Positions 36,750 to 46,700 of a stretch of 56,837 nucleotides of DNA are shown here, one piece after another (positions within the stretch are counted from its first letter, which is position 1; each line of letters starts with the position of its first letter). Origin of the DNA: a virus (lineage: Duplodnaviria; Caudoviricetes); IMG/VR virus record IMGVR_UViG_3300042549_007930, positions 1 to 56,837 of that record; one strand, given 5' to 3'. Made by a program: the position numbers and the translations under genes. Under the pieces are notes generated by a model, which was not told the origin of the DNA, searched no databases, and saw only the letters and a program-made list of their open reading frames with translations.

Positions 36750-37656
36750 TTTACAAACCAGTATATCTGATAATTCTAGTAAAAAAGGAGGTGGAGGTGG
36801 TAACACTTTTTTCTTTGCTAGAGTTAATGACATTTTATTATCAACTAAAACTGAAACTGATAATTTTTTTAATGACGCAGGTGGATGGGCAGGATTAGGT
36901 TCTATTAAATTTACTAAGTTAGGTTCTTCAACAGATAATGGTAATCCAACCTCTTTAATAGCTAGACCTTTATTTACTAATGTTTCACAATATCCTATTT
37001 TACAAGAAATTGTTTTAATATTACAAGCACCTTCTGAAGGGTTAAATAAAGATCCTCAAGCTAAAACTTATTATTATCTAACAACTGTAGGATTATGGAA
37101 TAGTATTCACCATAATGCTTTTCCTGATATACCTAATTTTAATAGTAAAATAAGAAATAAGAATAAAACTTCTACTAAAGAAATAGAAGAAGGAAGTACT
37201 AATACTAATTCACCTGATACTGAAGTTTTAAAATTTGGAAACTCATTTAAAGAAAAATCAGGAATAAGAAATTTACTTCCAGAAGAAGGAGATGTTATAG
37301 TTGAAGGAAGATGGGGTCAATCAATTAGACTTTCATCTACAACTACAAAAAAATTACCAAATAATTCATGGAGTGCTCAGGGTGAATTAGGATCACCTAT
37401 TACTATTATACGTAATGGGCAATCTAAAGAAAGAAACACTTCAGCGCCATGGGTTCCTTTATATGAAGATATTAATAATGATGGTTCATCAATTTATATG
37501 TCATCAGGTCAAGATATACCTTTAGAACTTGCTTCTAAAAATTTAAAATCTTTTGATGTAACTGTAGGGGCAGCATTTAACTCTGCATTACAAATTCCTG
37601 ATCCTTATATTCCATCCCCAAATATTTCACCTAACCAAGCAGATAATCTTAAATAA
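36730..37656 (+). CDS. Baseplate hub/spike protein, N-terminal part (gp5-like OB fold)
   Basis: P...YPI..E.V, EGDVIVEGRWGQSIRL; upstream of gp25/gp6. Confidence 0.55.
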   Translation: MSNLYPSLQTSISDNSSKKGGGGGNTFFFARVNDILLSTKTETDNFFNDAGGWAGLGSIKFTKLGSSTDNGNPTSLIARPLFTNVSQYPILQEIVLILQAPSEGLNKDPQAKTYYYLTTVGLWNSIHHNAFPDIPNFNSKIRNKNKTSTKEIEEGSTNTNSPDTEVLKFGNSFKEKSGIRNLLPEEGDVIVEGRWGQSIRLSSTTTKKLPNNSWSAQGELGSPITIIRNGQSKERNTSAPWVPLYEDINNDGSSIYMSSGQDIPLELASKNLKSFDVTVGAAFNSALQIPDPYIPSPNISPNQADNLK

Positions 37657-38075
37657 TGGCAGACTATAAACCAGACTTTCCTTACTTAGGAGAACAAATA
37701 ATAATAAATTCAGGTAGAGTTATTCTTAATTCTAAGGATGATTCTGTGTTTTTGTTTGGTAAAAAAGCTATAGGTTTTTCTTCAGCTGGTACTATTAATT
37801 TTGACGCTGATGATTCTATCATAGTTAACGCTCCTAAAATTTATTTAGGTTTGGGTGCTGCAGAACCTTTAGTAAGAGGAACTCAATTAACTATAATGTT
37901 AGATGATATATTAGATGCTTTAAGAGTTTTAAGTGCTCAATTAAGTGGTACTCAAGATAGTAATGGTGTTGGTATAACTAATATAATAACAGCTAGTGAT
38001 AGTTTAGCTAAATCTGTAGGCAGAATTAAGGGTAGAATAAAAGATATAACATCTAAACAAAATTATACTTTATAA
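37656..38075 (+). CDS. Baseplate spike-like protein (gp5 C-terminal beta-helix-like)
   Basis: QIIINSGRVILNSK, IYLG..A.EPLVRG. Confidence 0.55.
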   Translation: MADYKPDFPYLGEQIIINSGRVILNSKDDSVFLFGKKAIGFSSAGTINFDADDSIIVNAPKIYLGLGAAEPLVRGTQLTIMLDDILDALRVLSAQLSGTQDSNGVGITNIITASDSLAKSVGRIKGRIKDITSKQNYTL

Positions 38076-39574
38076 TGGCCATACCTGTAGGAATATCTAG
38101 AGTTTTAACTGAAATTGCTCCTAAGCGTATAAATGATGCTGTGGAGAAGATATTAGATGTTTTAAATAAAATTAATGAGGGTGTTAGAAAAATTAATGAA
38201 ATTGATTTTTGTAATCCTTTAGGATACATTTTAACTAAAGCTTTACCTCCTGGAGGTGTTTTAGAAAATAAAATGTTACAATATGCTAAAAAAGTAACTG
38301 ATTTCATTAATAATGTTGAAAATAAAATGTCTCCAGGTAGAATTGAAAGTGAAATTATCAGACCTGGTGATACACCTGAACAAATAAAAGCTAAAGATGA
38401 AGCTTATAAAACTAGATTATTATCATATCAAGCATCAATTGAAGAGATAAGAGTATCTTTAGAAGAAATTATACCTCCTCCAGATTTAGTTGAAATTTTC
38501 CCAGGAGGTGAAGGTTTAGTACAAACTATTAATTCAATAAATTTAGCTTTAACTGCTACAAGTGATACTATTGATGCTAAAATTGATCCTAAACAAACTA
38601 TTTTAACTCAAATTTCTCTTTTAAAATCTTTTTCTGATAAATTAAGACCTTTTATGAGTCCTATTAATATAGCTACTTTAGCTATAGGTGATCAAGCTGA
38701 AGAATTAAATAAAAAATTAAGAGATTTTATTAAACCTGAACGATTTGCTTCAAGTGTAGCCTTTATTGTAAGACAGGTAAAAGCTATAGATAAAGGAATT
38801 GCTCAAATACAAAAAATGGTCCAATTAATTAATACTATTTTAAAATTAATTAATCTTCTTATAAAAATCTTTAAATTTGTATGTAAAATACTTAAAATAG
38901 CTCCTATACCTGTAGCTGTTGGTGGAGGTGGTGGTCCGGTTATAGCTGTGACAACAGGTTCATTAACTTCTAAAGCAGATAGAGTAGCAAAATTTCAAGC
39001 TGATATTGATGATTATGGTAAAATAATTAGAATGATATCTAACTTTTTAAGTAAAAGTATAATTCTTCAAATACAAAGAATAAGAAAAGAAATTATAAGA
39101 TTATTAACAGGTTTAAATATTTTATATAAAAATCTTTTAGCATGTCCTTATACAAATGATCCTTTATTAGAGCAAAGTTTACAAAATGCTATCTCTTCTC
39201 TAGAAAATAATTTAACTACTTTAGATACTTTATTTCCTACAGCTAAAACAGATACTCTTTTACCTTCATTATATGGAGGATATGAAATTGATATTATTAA
39301 AGAAGAAGTTGTTGACGCTGGGATAAAATTATTAAGAAGAAGAGTAATAGTAGCTGATCAAAGAGGAATTACAGTTTATGAAGGTACACCTACTTTTGCT
39401 TCTGATGATCAAGTTTTAATAAAAGAAGGTCAATACCAAATTGATAAATTAGGAAATGTAGGTACTAGTGATGAAGGCAATTCAGCTCCTACTAACCAAC
39501 AAGTAATAAATGAAATGAATGAATTAGGATTTAACCCAAATAATGTCACTGTTACTCCTGATGACATAGATTAA
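38075..39574 (+). CDS. Helical virion-associated hypothetical protein
   Basis: 499 aa, amphipathic/hydrophobic helices; in the baseplate module. Confidence 0.65.
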   Translation: MAIPVGISRVLTEIAPKRINDAVEKILDVLNKINEGVRKINEIDFCNPLGYILTKALPPGGVLENKMLQYAKKVTDFINNVENKMSPGRIESEIIRPGDTPEQIKAKDEAYKTRLLSYQASIEEIRVSLEEIIPPPDLVEIFPGGEGLVQTINSINLALTATSDTIDAKIDPKQTILTQISLLKSFSDKLRPFMSPINIATLAIGDQAEELNKKLRDFIKPERFASSVAFIVRQVKAIDKGIAQIQKMVQLINTILKLINLLIKIFKFVCKILKIAPIPVAVGGGGGPVIAVTTGSLTSKADRVAKFQADIDDYGKIIRMISNFLSKSIILQIQRIRKEIIRLLTGLNILYKNLLACPYTNDPLLEQSLQNAISSLENNLTTLDTLFPTAKTDTLLPSLYGGYEIDIIKEEVVDAGIKLLRRRVIVADQRGITVYEGTPTFASDDQVLIKEGQYQIDKLGNVGTSDEGNSAPTNQQVINEMNELGFNPNNVTVTPDDID

Positions 39575-39605
39575 AAACAAGTTGTATTATTAAATATTTA
39601 TAATT

Positions 39606-40082
39606 ATGAATTTAGAAGCTTTAAGAAAATTAATCAGAGAAGAAATGAGAACTGTAATCAGAGAGGAACTAAAAGGTATCCTTACTGAAGCGGTAATCAT
39701 AGCAAGTACGCCTGAAACAAAAACTCAAGCTCAAACTCACCCTCATGTTAAAGTTGAGTCTACTTACAAACCTAAATTTTCAGAAATTTTAGCTGAAAAG
39801 AAAACTCCTGTATCTACCGGAAACCCAATGTTTGATTTATTAAATGAAACCGCAAATGAAGGAGGATGGAGATCTATAAATGGTGGTTATAACGCCTCAG
39901 ATGCAGTAGGTTGGGCTGGTGGAATGCCTGGTATGGGTGGTGCTAATACCCCTGTAGTAGCATCGGTAGATCAAATGGTATCACAACATGCCCCTGTACA
40001 TGATATTAATGATGTAAGAATAGATGCTGTTCCTGATTTTACAGGACTAATGGGTAAATTAAAAGAAAACGGTAAATTATAA
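39606..40082 (+). CDS. Late hypothetical protein
   Basis: LRKLIREE..VIREEL, LTE/LNE motifs; TATTTATA upstream. Confidence 0.7.
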   Translation: MNLEALRKLIREEMRTVIREELKGILTEAVIIASTPETKTQAQTHPHVKVESTYKPKFSEILAEKKTPVSTGNPMFDLLNETANEGGWRSINGGYNASDAVGWAGGMPGMGGANTPVVASVDQMVSQHAPVHDINDVRIDAVPDFTGLMGKLKENGKL

Positions 40083-40492
40083 TGGCATATAATGTAATTA
40101 ATATTAATCCTTTAGACTTACAACCTAGTAAAGGTGTAGGTATTAAAGTACCCTTTGATGGTCCTACAGGGTTAAATATAACTTACACTACTAAAGAAGC
40201 TATTAAATCTAATATATTAAATTTCTTTTTAACAGGTAAAAGAGAAAGAATAATGAATCCTAATATGGGAGCAGGTATTAGAGAACAACTATTTGAACAA
40301 ATAACAAATAATACCGCTGAAAATATAGAAGATATTATTACTTTTGGTTTAGGTGATTATTTCCCTCAAGTTAAGTTAACTAATTTAAACGTTAGTGCCT
40401 CACCTGATCAGAATTTAATACAAATATATTTTAGTTATTCTATAAAAAACACTAATATACAAGACGAAATTACAATAAATTTCAATAATTAA
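40082..40492 (+). CDS. Baseplate wedge / sheath initiator (gp25-like)
   Basis: IKSNILNFFLT.K.ERIMNP.MG..I...LFE. Confidence 0.85.
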   Translation: MAYNVININPLDLQPSKGVGIKVPFDGPTGLNITYTTKEAIKSNILNFFLTGKRERIMNPNMGAGIREQLFEQITNNTAENIEDIITFGLGDYFPQVKLTNLNVSASPDQNLIQIYFSYSIKNTNIQDEITINFNN

Positions 40493-40494
40493 TA

Positions 40495-42375
40495 ATGGCT
40501 AATTCTAAGACCGTACAATATTTAAATAAAGATTTTGATAGTTTAAAAGCTCAATTAATAAATTTTGCTCAAACTTACTATCCAAATACTTATAATGATT
40601 TCAATGAGGCTTCACCAGGTATGATGCTTATTGAGATGGCATCTTATGTAGGGGATGTTTTATCATTTTATATTGATAATCAAATACAAGAAAATTTCCT
40701 TCAATTTGCTAAACAAAGAAAAAATTTATTAGCTCAAGCTTATACTTTTGGTTACCAACCTAAAGTAACTAAAGCAGCTTCTGTAATATTATCAGTTTAT
40801 CAAGTAGTACCTTCTACTTTAGCATCAGGTCAATATGAACCTGATTTAAATTATGCTTTAATTTTAGAAGAAGGAGGTAAAATATCATCTAATTTAGATC
40901 CTAGTGTTCAGTTTTATATAAATGAAAAATTAGATTTTTCAAAATCTACACCTGGTTCTGAAACTGAAATATCTGTTTACTCAACAGATGTTTTTCAAAA
41001 TCCTCAATTTTATTTATTAAAGAAAACTGTTAAAGCCTCAGCAGGAACTTTAACTTCTACTAATATAACCTTTGGTAATCCTGAGCGTTTTCCTACAGTA
41101 GATATTAATGATACTAATATTATTGAAATAGTTAGTGTAGTTGATTCTAATAATAATAAATGGTATGAAGTACCTTATTTAGCCCAAGATACTATTTTTG
41201 AACCTACTGTTAATATAGCTCAAAATGATCCAAATCTAGCTCAATATAATGACACAGTACCTTATTTACTAAAATTACAAAAAGTACCTAGAAGATTTGT
41301 AACTAGATTTAAAGAAAATAATCAATTGCAAATGCAATTTGGACCTGGTGTTTCATCAGGAGCAGATGAAGAAATTATCCCTAACTCAGATAATATAGGT
41401 TTAGGATTACCTTATGGGGTAAATAAAATGACAACTGCATTTGATCCTTCAAACTTTTTATATACTCAAACTTATGGTTTAGCACCTTCTAATACTGTTT
41501 TAACTGTAACTTATTTAAAAGGAGGAGGAGCATCTTCAAATGCACCTGTAGGCACATTAACTGTAAATTCAGGTGTCACTACTGTATTTAATGGTAACAA
41601 TATAGATACTACTTTATCTACTACTGTACGTAATTCATTAGCTTTTGATAATGAAGAAGCAGCTAATGGTGGAGGAGATGGAGATACTAATGAACAAATA
41701 AGACAAAATGCTTTATCATCATATCCTACTCAATTAAGAACTGTAACTAAAGATGATTATATTATTAGAGCTTTATCTTTACCTTCAAAATATGGTGTAA
41801 TTGATAAAGCCTATATTAATCAAGATATTAGTATTCAAACTAATTTCATGACAGATATAATGGCTACTCAAAATTATAATTCTATTTCTTTATATATTTT
41901 ATCTAAAGATAATAATAATAATTTATCTATTCCTAATAACGCTGTAAAACAAAATCTTAAAACTTATCTTTCTCAATATAGAATGATAACTGACGCTGTT
42001 AATATAAATGAGGCTTTTATTATTAATATTGGAGTAAATTTTGAAATTATAGTTAGACCTAATTATAATAATAGATTAGTTTTAAATAATTGTTTAACTT
42101 TATTACAATCTTATTTTAATGTTGATAATTGGCAAATAAACCAACCTATCATCCTACCAGAAATTTATAGTAATTTAGATCAAATTGAAGGAGTTCAAAC
42201 TGTACAAAAAGTAGAAATTATAAATAAAGCAGGAAGTAATACTAATTATTCACCATACTCATATGATATTAAAGGAGCTACTATTAATAATATAGTTTAT
42301 CCATCATTAGATCCAAGTATTTTTGAAGTTAAATTCCCTACAACTGATATACAAGGTAGAGTAGTTACTTTTTAA
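40495..42375 (+). CDS. Baseplate wedge protein (T4 gp6 / baseplate J-like)
   Basis: KDFDSLK, YVGDVLSFYID, QFG.G, GGG..D..EQIR, Q.RTVTKDDY. Confidence 0.88.
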   Translation: MANSKTVQYLNKDFDSLKAQLINFAQTYYPNTYNDFNEASPGMMLIEMASYVGDVLSFYIDNQIQENFLQFAKQRKNLLAQAYTFGYQPKVTKAASVILSVYQVVPSTLASGQYEPDLNYALILEEGGKISSNLDPSVQFYINEKLDFSKSTPGSETEISVYSTDVFQNPQFYLLKKTVKASAGTLTSTNITFGNPERFPTVDINDTNIIEIVSVVDSNNNKWYEVPYLAQDTIFEPTVNIAQNDPNLAQYNDTVPYLLKLQKVPRRFVTRFKENNQLQMQFGPGVSSGADEEIIPNSDNIGLGLPYGVNKMTTAFDPSNFLYTQTYGLAPSNTVLTVTYLKGGGASSNAPVGTLTVNSGVTTVFNGNNIDTTLSTTVRNSLAFDNEEAANGGGDGDTNEQIRQNALSSYPTQLRTVTKDDYIIRALSLPSKYGVIDKAYINQDISIQTNFMTDIMATQNYNSISLYILSKDNNNNLSIPNNAVKQNLKTYLSQYRMITDAVNINEAFIINIGVNFEIIVRPNYNNRLVLNNCLTLLQSYFNVDNWQINQPIILPEIYSNLDQIEGVQTVQKVEIINKAGSNTNYSPYSYDIKGATINNIVYPSLDPSIFEVKFPTTDIQGRVVTF

Positions 42376-42416
42376 AGAAATTGATTTAATGTATATTTAT
42401 AATATATATTAGATTT

Positions 42417-43448
42417 ATGGCTATTTACAAAATATTTCCTGAAAAAGATACTTTCATTTCTCACTATCGTCCTACTCAAAACTTTGGTAGAGACGAAATA
42501 TTAGAAATTTCTAATGAAACTGAATTAACTTCATTACACGCTGACAAAACCCGAACTTTAATACAGTTCCCTACATCTCAAATAACAGATGTTATTAATA
42601 ATAAAGTAAGTGGTAGTTTTGTATCTTATCTAAGATTATTCTTAGCTAATGCTTATATCCCTTCAGATTATACTATATTAGCTTATCCTGTCTCAAGAAG
42701 TTGGGAAATGGGGTTAGGTAGATCTACTGATGATCCTATTAGTACCCTTGGATGTACTTGGAACGCATCAGCTCAATCATCAAGCTGGGTTAGTGCTGGT
42801 GGAGATTATTTAGAAAATATTTCTTCATCTCAAAATTTTAACTATATATCTGATAAAGATGTTAACATGAATGTTAGCAATATAGTTTTAGGATGGAAAT
42901 CAGGATCTTTTTCTAATTATGGTATTTTATTAAAACAGAGTAGTAGTATAGAAGGAAGTGAAAATCCACTTATTACTAAATTCTTTTCAATGGATACTCA
43001 TACTATTTACCCTCCTCAATTAGAATTTAGATGGGATGATAGTTCATATAATACTACTTTAACTCAAATAACATCTTCAGATTTTATTTCTACTATTTCT
43101 AATAATAAAACAGAATTTGAAGAAAATACTATATATAAATTTAGAATTAAAGCTAGAGATAGATTCCCAGCTAGATCATTTTCAACAGTATCAGTTTATT
43201 TAACTACAAAAGCCTTACCATCAACAACATATTGGGCTTTAAAAGATGTTAAAACTGAAGAAATAATAATTGACTTTGATACTACTTACACTAAAGTAAG
43301 TTGTGATAATACTAGTAATTATTTTAAATTATATATGGATGGTTTAGAACCTGAAAGATATTATCAAATTATATATAAAACTATATTATCAAGTGGTGAA
43401 ACTGTAGTTATAGATGATCCATCAAATTATTTTAAAATAGTTAGATAA
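42417..43448 (+). CDS. Virion protein with DNRLRE-like carbohydrate-binding domain
   Basis: KDTFI...P.QNFG....L, R.LIQF, W.., GGDY, NYGILLK, PQL. Confidence 0.65.
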   Translation: MAIYKIFPEKDTFISHYRPTQNFGRDEILEISNETELTSLHADKTRTLIQFPTSQITDVINNKVSGSFVSYLRLFLANAYIPSDYTILAYPVSRSWEMGLGRSTDDPISTLGCTWNASAQSSSWVSAGGDYLENISSSQNFNYISDKDVNMNVSNIVLGWKSGSFSNYGILLKQSSSIEGSENPLITKFFSMDTHTIYPPQLEFRWDDSSYNTTLTQITSSDFISTISNNKTEFEENTIYKFRIKARDRFPARSFSTVSVYLTTKALPSTTYWALKDVKTEEIIIDFDTTYTKVSCDNTSNYFKLYMDGLEPERYYQIIYKTILSSGETVVIDDPSNYFKIVR

Positions 43449-43783
43449 TGGCTGAACAAGTTCAATTAAATAAAATAGTCTATGGTAAAATTACATACCC
43501 CAATGTGATCAATACTCAGTTTACTCAATTAGTAGGTGCTAACCCTGCTGAGGAAGCTGCTCCTATTACTATAGAAGAATTTTTTCAAGCCTATAATGAT
43601 TTATTTTTTGAGATTCCTATTGATGGAGAATTTAATTCTCATTTAGAATTGATAAAAAGAAGCACAGAGTATGTTGGTGTTACTCAAAACCCAGATGAAA
43701 TTGATGCTTTATTAACAGAAATAAATCAATTAAGATTAGAAAATCTTAGATTAAATCAGCAATTAGATGAATTAAATTCATAA
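43448..43783 (+). CDS. Virion-module hypothetical protein
   Basis: EEFF..Y..LF.EIP; C-terminal coiled coil. Confidence 0.7.
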   Translation: MAEQVQLNKIVYGKITYPNVINTQFTQLVGANPAEEAAPITIEEFFQAYNDLFFEIPIDGEFNSHLELIKRSTEYVGVTQNPDEIDALLTEINQLRLENLRLNQQLDELNS

Positions 43784-43793
43784 TAAAAAATAA

Positions 43794-46700
43794 ATGGAAA
43801 TAACTAATATATCAAGTCTAGATAGAGCTTCTTATTTAAATCAAGACTATAAACCTCAAGATGAGACCTTACTAAATACTTTAGAAGTAAATAGTGATTT
43901 TGGTAACCCTGAGGATAAAATAGAAGTCCATATTATATCTCCTGATGGGGAAGTTTTAGAATCAGATTATGAGTTTAGAAATTATAAGATAGCAAATAAA
44001 ACAGAAGATACTTCTTTATTTAATCAAATCATATTAGACCCTAAAGCTGATCTAGAACGATTTAATTATTCTACTGGACAATATGATGTTAATTATAATT
44101 TTTATAGACAATTATTCTTAAGTAACCCTACAAATAACTACTTTATATCAGAAATATCATCAGATAGAACTGAAATAAAAGTTACTAATAATAATATATC
44201 CTATACTGATTTAGGTCAATCTTATTTAAATTATATAGCTACTCGAAATTCAAGAAACTTCTATTCAGATTTCATTTTAAATTTTGGAGATAATAAAACT
44301 TATATAGGAGTTAATGTAGCTTTTGATAATGTTAATGAAAATATTCCTAGTTTATATATTAAATTATATGAACCACTTCCAGCTGATATAACTGTTAAAA
44401 GTACTTTATGGTTAGTAGAGGCTATATCAGAACCTTATTCATTTAGAGTAAATACAGATTTTATAGCTGAAGATACAAATACTACTATTCCTTTAAAAGG
44501 ACCAAATATTAATATTGATTTAAATGATAGAATTAATTTAACAACACCTTATTTAAATCTATCTAATTTATTAACTAATTCTTCTACTTCATCTTATCAA
44601 CAATTACAATCTTGGTTAGATGAAAAAAGTATAGAGATAACTGTTGATTATACTGATTTTTCTAATTTTGTTCATTTTTCATCAGCTGTTGAAAGATTAG
44701 ATAATTTTAAATATAAATTATCTCAAATCCAATCTTTACAAGCTGATATAAACACTTTATCATCTTTAAATCCTTTAACAGGTCCAACTTATATTAATAG
44801 TAATAAAGCTATTTTACAAGCTAAATTAGATACTCTTATTCAAAAATTAGATGGTTATGAGTATTACTTATACTTTGAAACAGGATCAAAAGCATGGCCT
44901 AAAATTAATGGGGTAAAACCTTATATTAACGCTGGGGTGACTGACCCTCAAGCTAAAACATGGTTTGGTAGTGCTGATGAAAATTCAAATTATTATGGAG
45001 GAGAAATACTATCTGCTTCTTCTTTTGATACTTCTAATAGGGATTACATTTGGAATAATTTACCTGATTATATTAAAGCTGATCCTCAAAATGCTAATTT
45101 AGAGTTATTTACATCAATGTTAGGTCAGCATTATGATTATATTTGGACTTACATTAAAGATATAACTGATATTCAGGTTGCAGATAATAGAATTGATTTT
45201 GGTATTTCAAAAGATTTAGTAGCTGATACTTTAAGAAGTTTTGGTATTAAATTATACACTAACTCTAGAAACCAAGATGATATTTACTCTTCATTATTAG
45301 GGATAAATGCTGAGGGTAGTTTCTTACCTTCAACAGGATCTTATTTAATTGATACTTATGTAACTGCATCTCAATATACTATCCCTGACAATGATATCGT
45401 AAAAGAAACATATAAAAGGATTTATCACAACATGCCTTATTTACTTAAGACTCGTGGTACAAGAGCAGGTTTACGTGCTTTAATCAATTGTTTTGGTATT
45501 CCTGAAACTATTTTAAAAGTAAGAGAGTATGGTGGTTTAGATAAAGATTCAAATGATGTAACTACATTCTATGAAAAATTCGCTTATGGATTTAGTACTA
45601 ATGGTAGCTCATCTTTATCAATACCTTGGTTACCTTTAAATTCACAATATCTAGACACTTCATATAATGATATAGTACCTGATACTTTAGAATTTAGATT
45701 TAAAACACCTAGTATACCAGATGTGAGTCATTATTCTCAATCACTATTTTATGTAACTTCACCAACTGAAGGATTACAATTTGGGATTCAATTATTATAT
45801 CCATCAGGAACTAACGCTTCTTATAATACAAATGGGTTAAATGAAGCTTACTCTAAGTATGGAGAATTAAGATTTTTCTTATCAGGTTCAAATGGATACA
45901 TTAATACAACACCTTTATATTTACCTTTCTTTAATGGAGATTGGTGGAATGTTAAATTAAACAGAGAAACAGGAAGTTTAAGACTAATTCAAACTGGCTC
46001 AGATAATACTTATACTTTATCCGCTAAAAATTCTATATACAATGGGTATAATGGAATTAGTGTAGGTTTTGAAGGTTCTACATCTTTATTTATATCAGGT
46101 TCAACATCTTCTTCATATAATAGAGCATGGAGTAATTACACTACATTTGATATTTCTCAATATGGGTACGACTCACCTATAGCTTTATATGATTTTGATT
46201 TTACAATTTATGACGATGATTCAATTGAACCTCCATATTTTGGTTATTTAGGAGGAGATGGTATTCATAATTCACCTTTAGCCCCTAATAATATATTTAG
46301 TGGTTCATTTCAAGAATTTAGATATTGGATAGGTAATTTAGAAAACACTTCGTTTAATGATCACACTTTAAATCCTCGTTCTATAGTAGGTAATGACCCT
46401 TCAGCTTCATATTCTGAATTAAGTTTTAGATTACCTTTAGGGAATGAATTAGATAACAATTTAACTCAATTCTTAACTTCAGCTCATCCTACAATAGCAG
46501 GTAACCAAATAACATCCTCATTCTTATTTGAATCAGGTAGTACTTCTATAGTATTATCAACAGCTAAAATAAATAATTTAGCGTCTGCTTCATATGATAC
46601 TACTGTTTACACTTCATTAATTAATACTCCTAATATAGGAGCTATAACTGAAGTAGATAACAAAGTAAGAATAACTGAACCAAATTTAATACCAGGAGAC

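Noticed and set aside
16673-38307. Minus-strand ORFs in the track (16673, 19677, 20053, 20820, 22863, 24890, 30683, 32044, 36320, 38053)
   Set aside because: They are shadows of better-supported + strand genes or promoter repeats, with no leaders or motifs.
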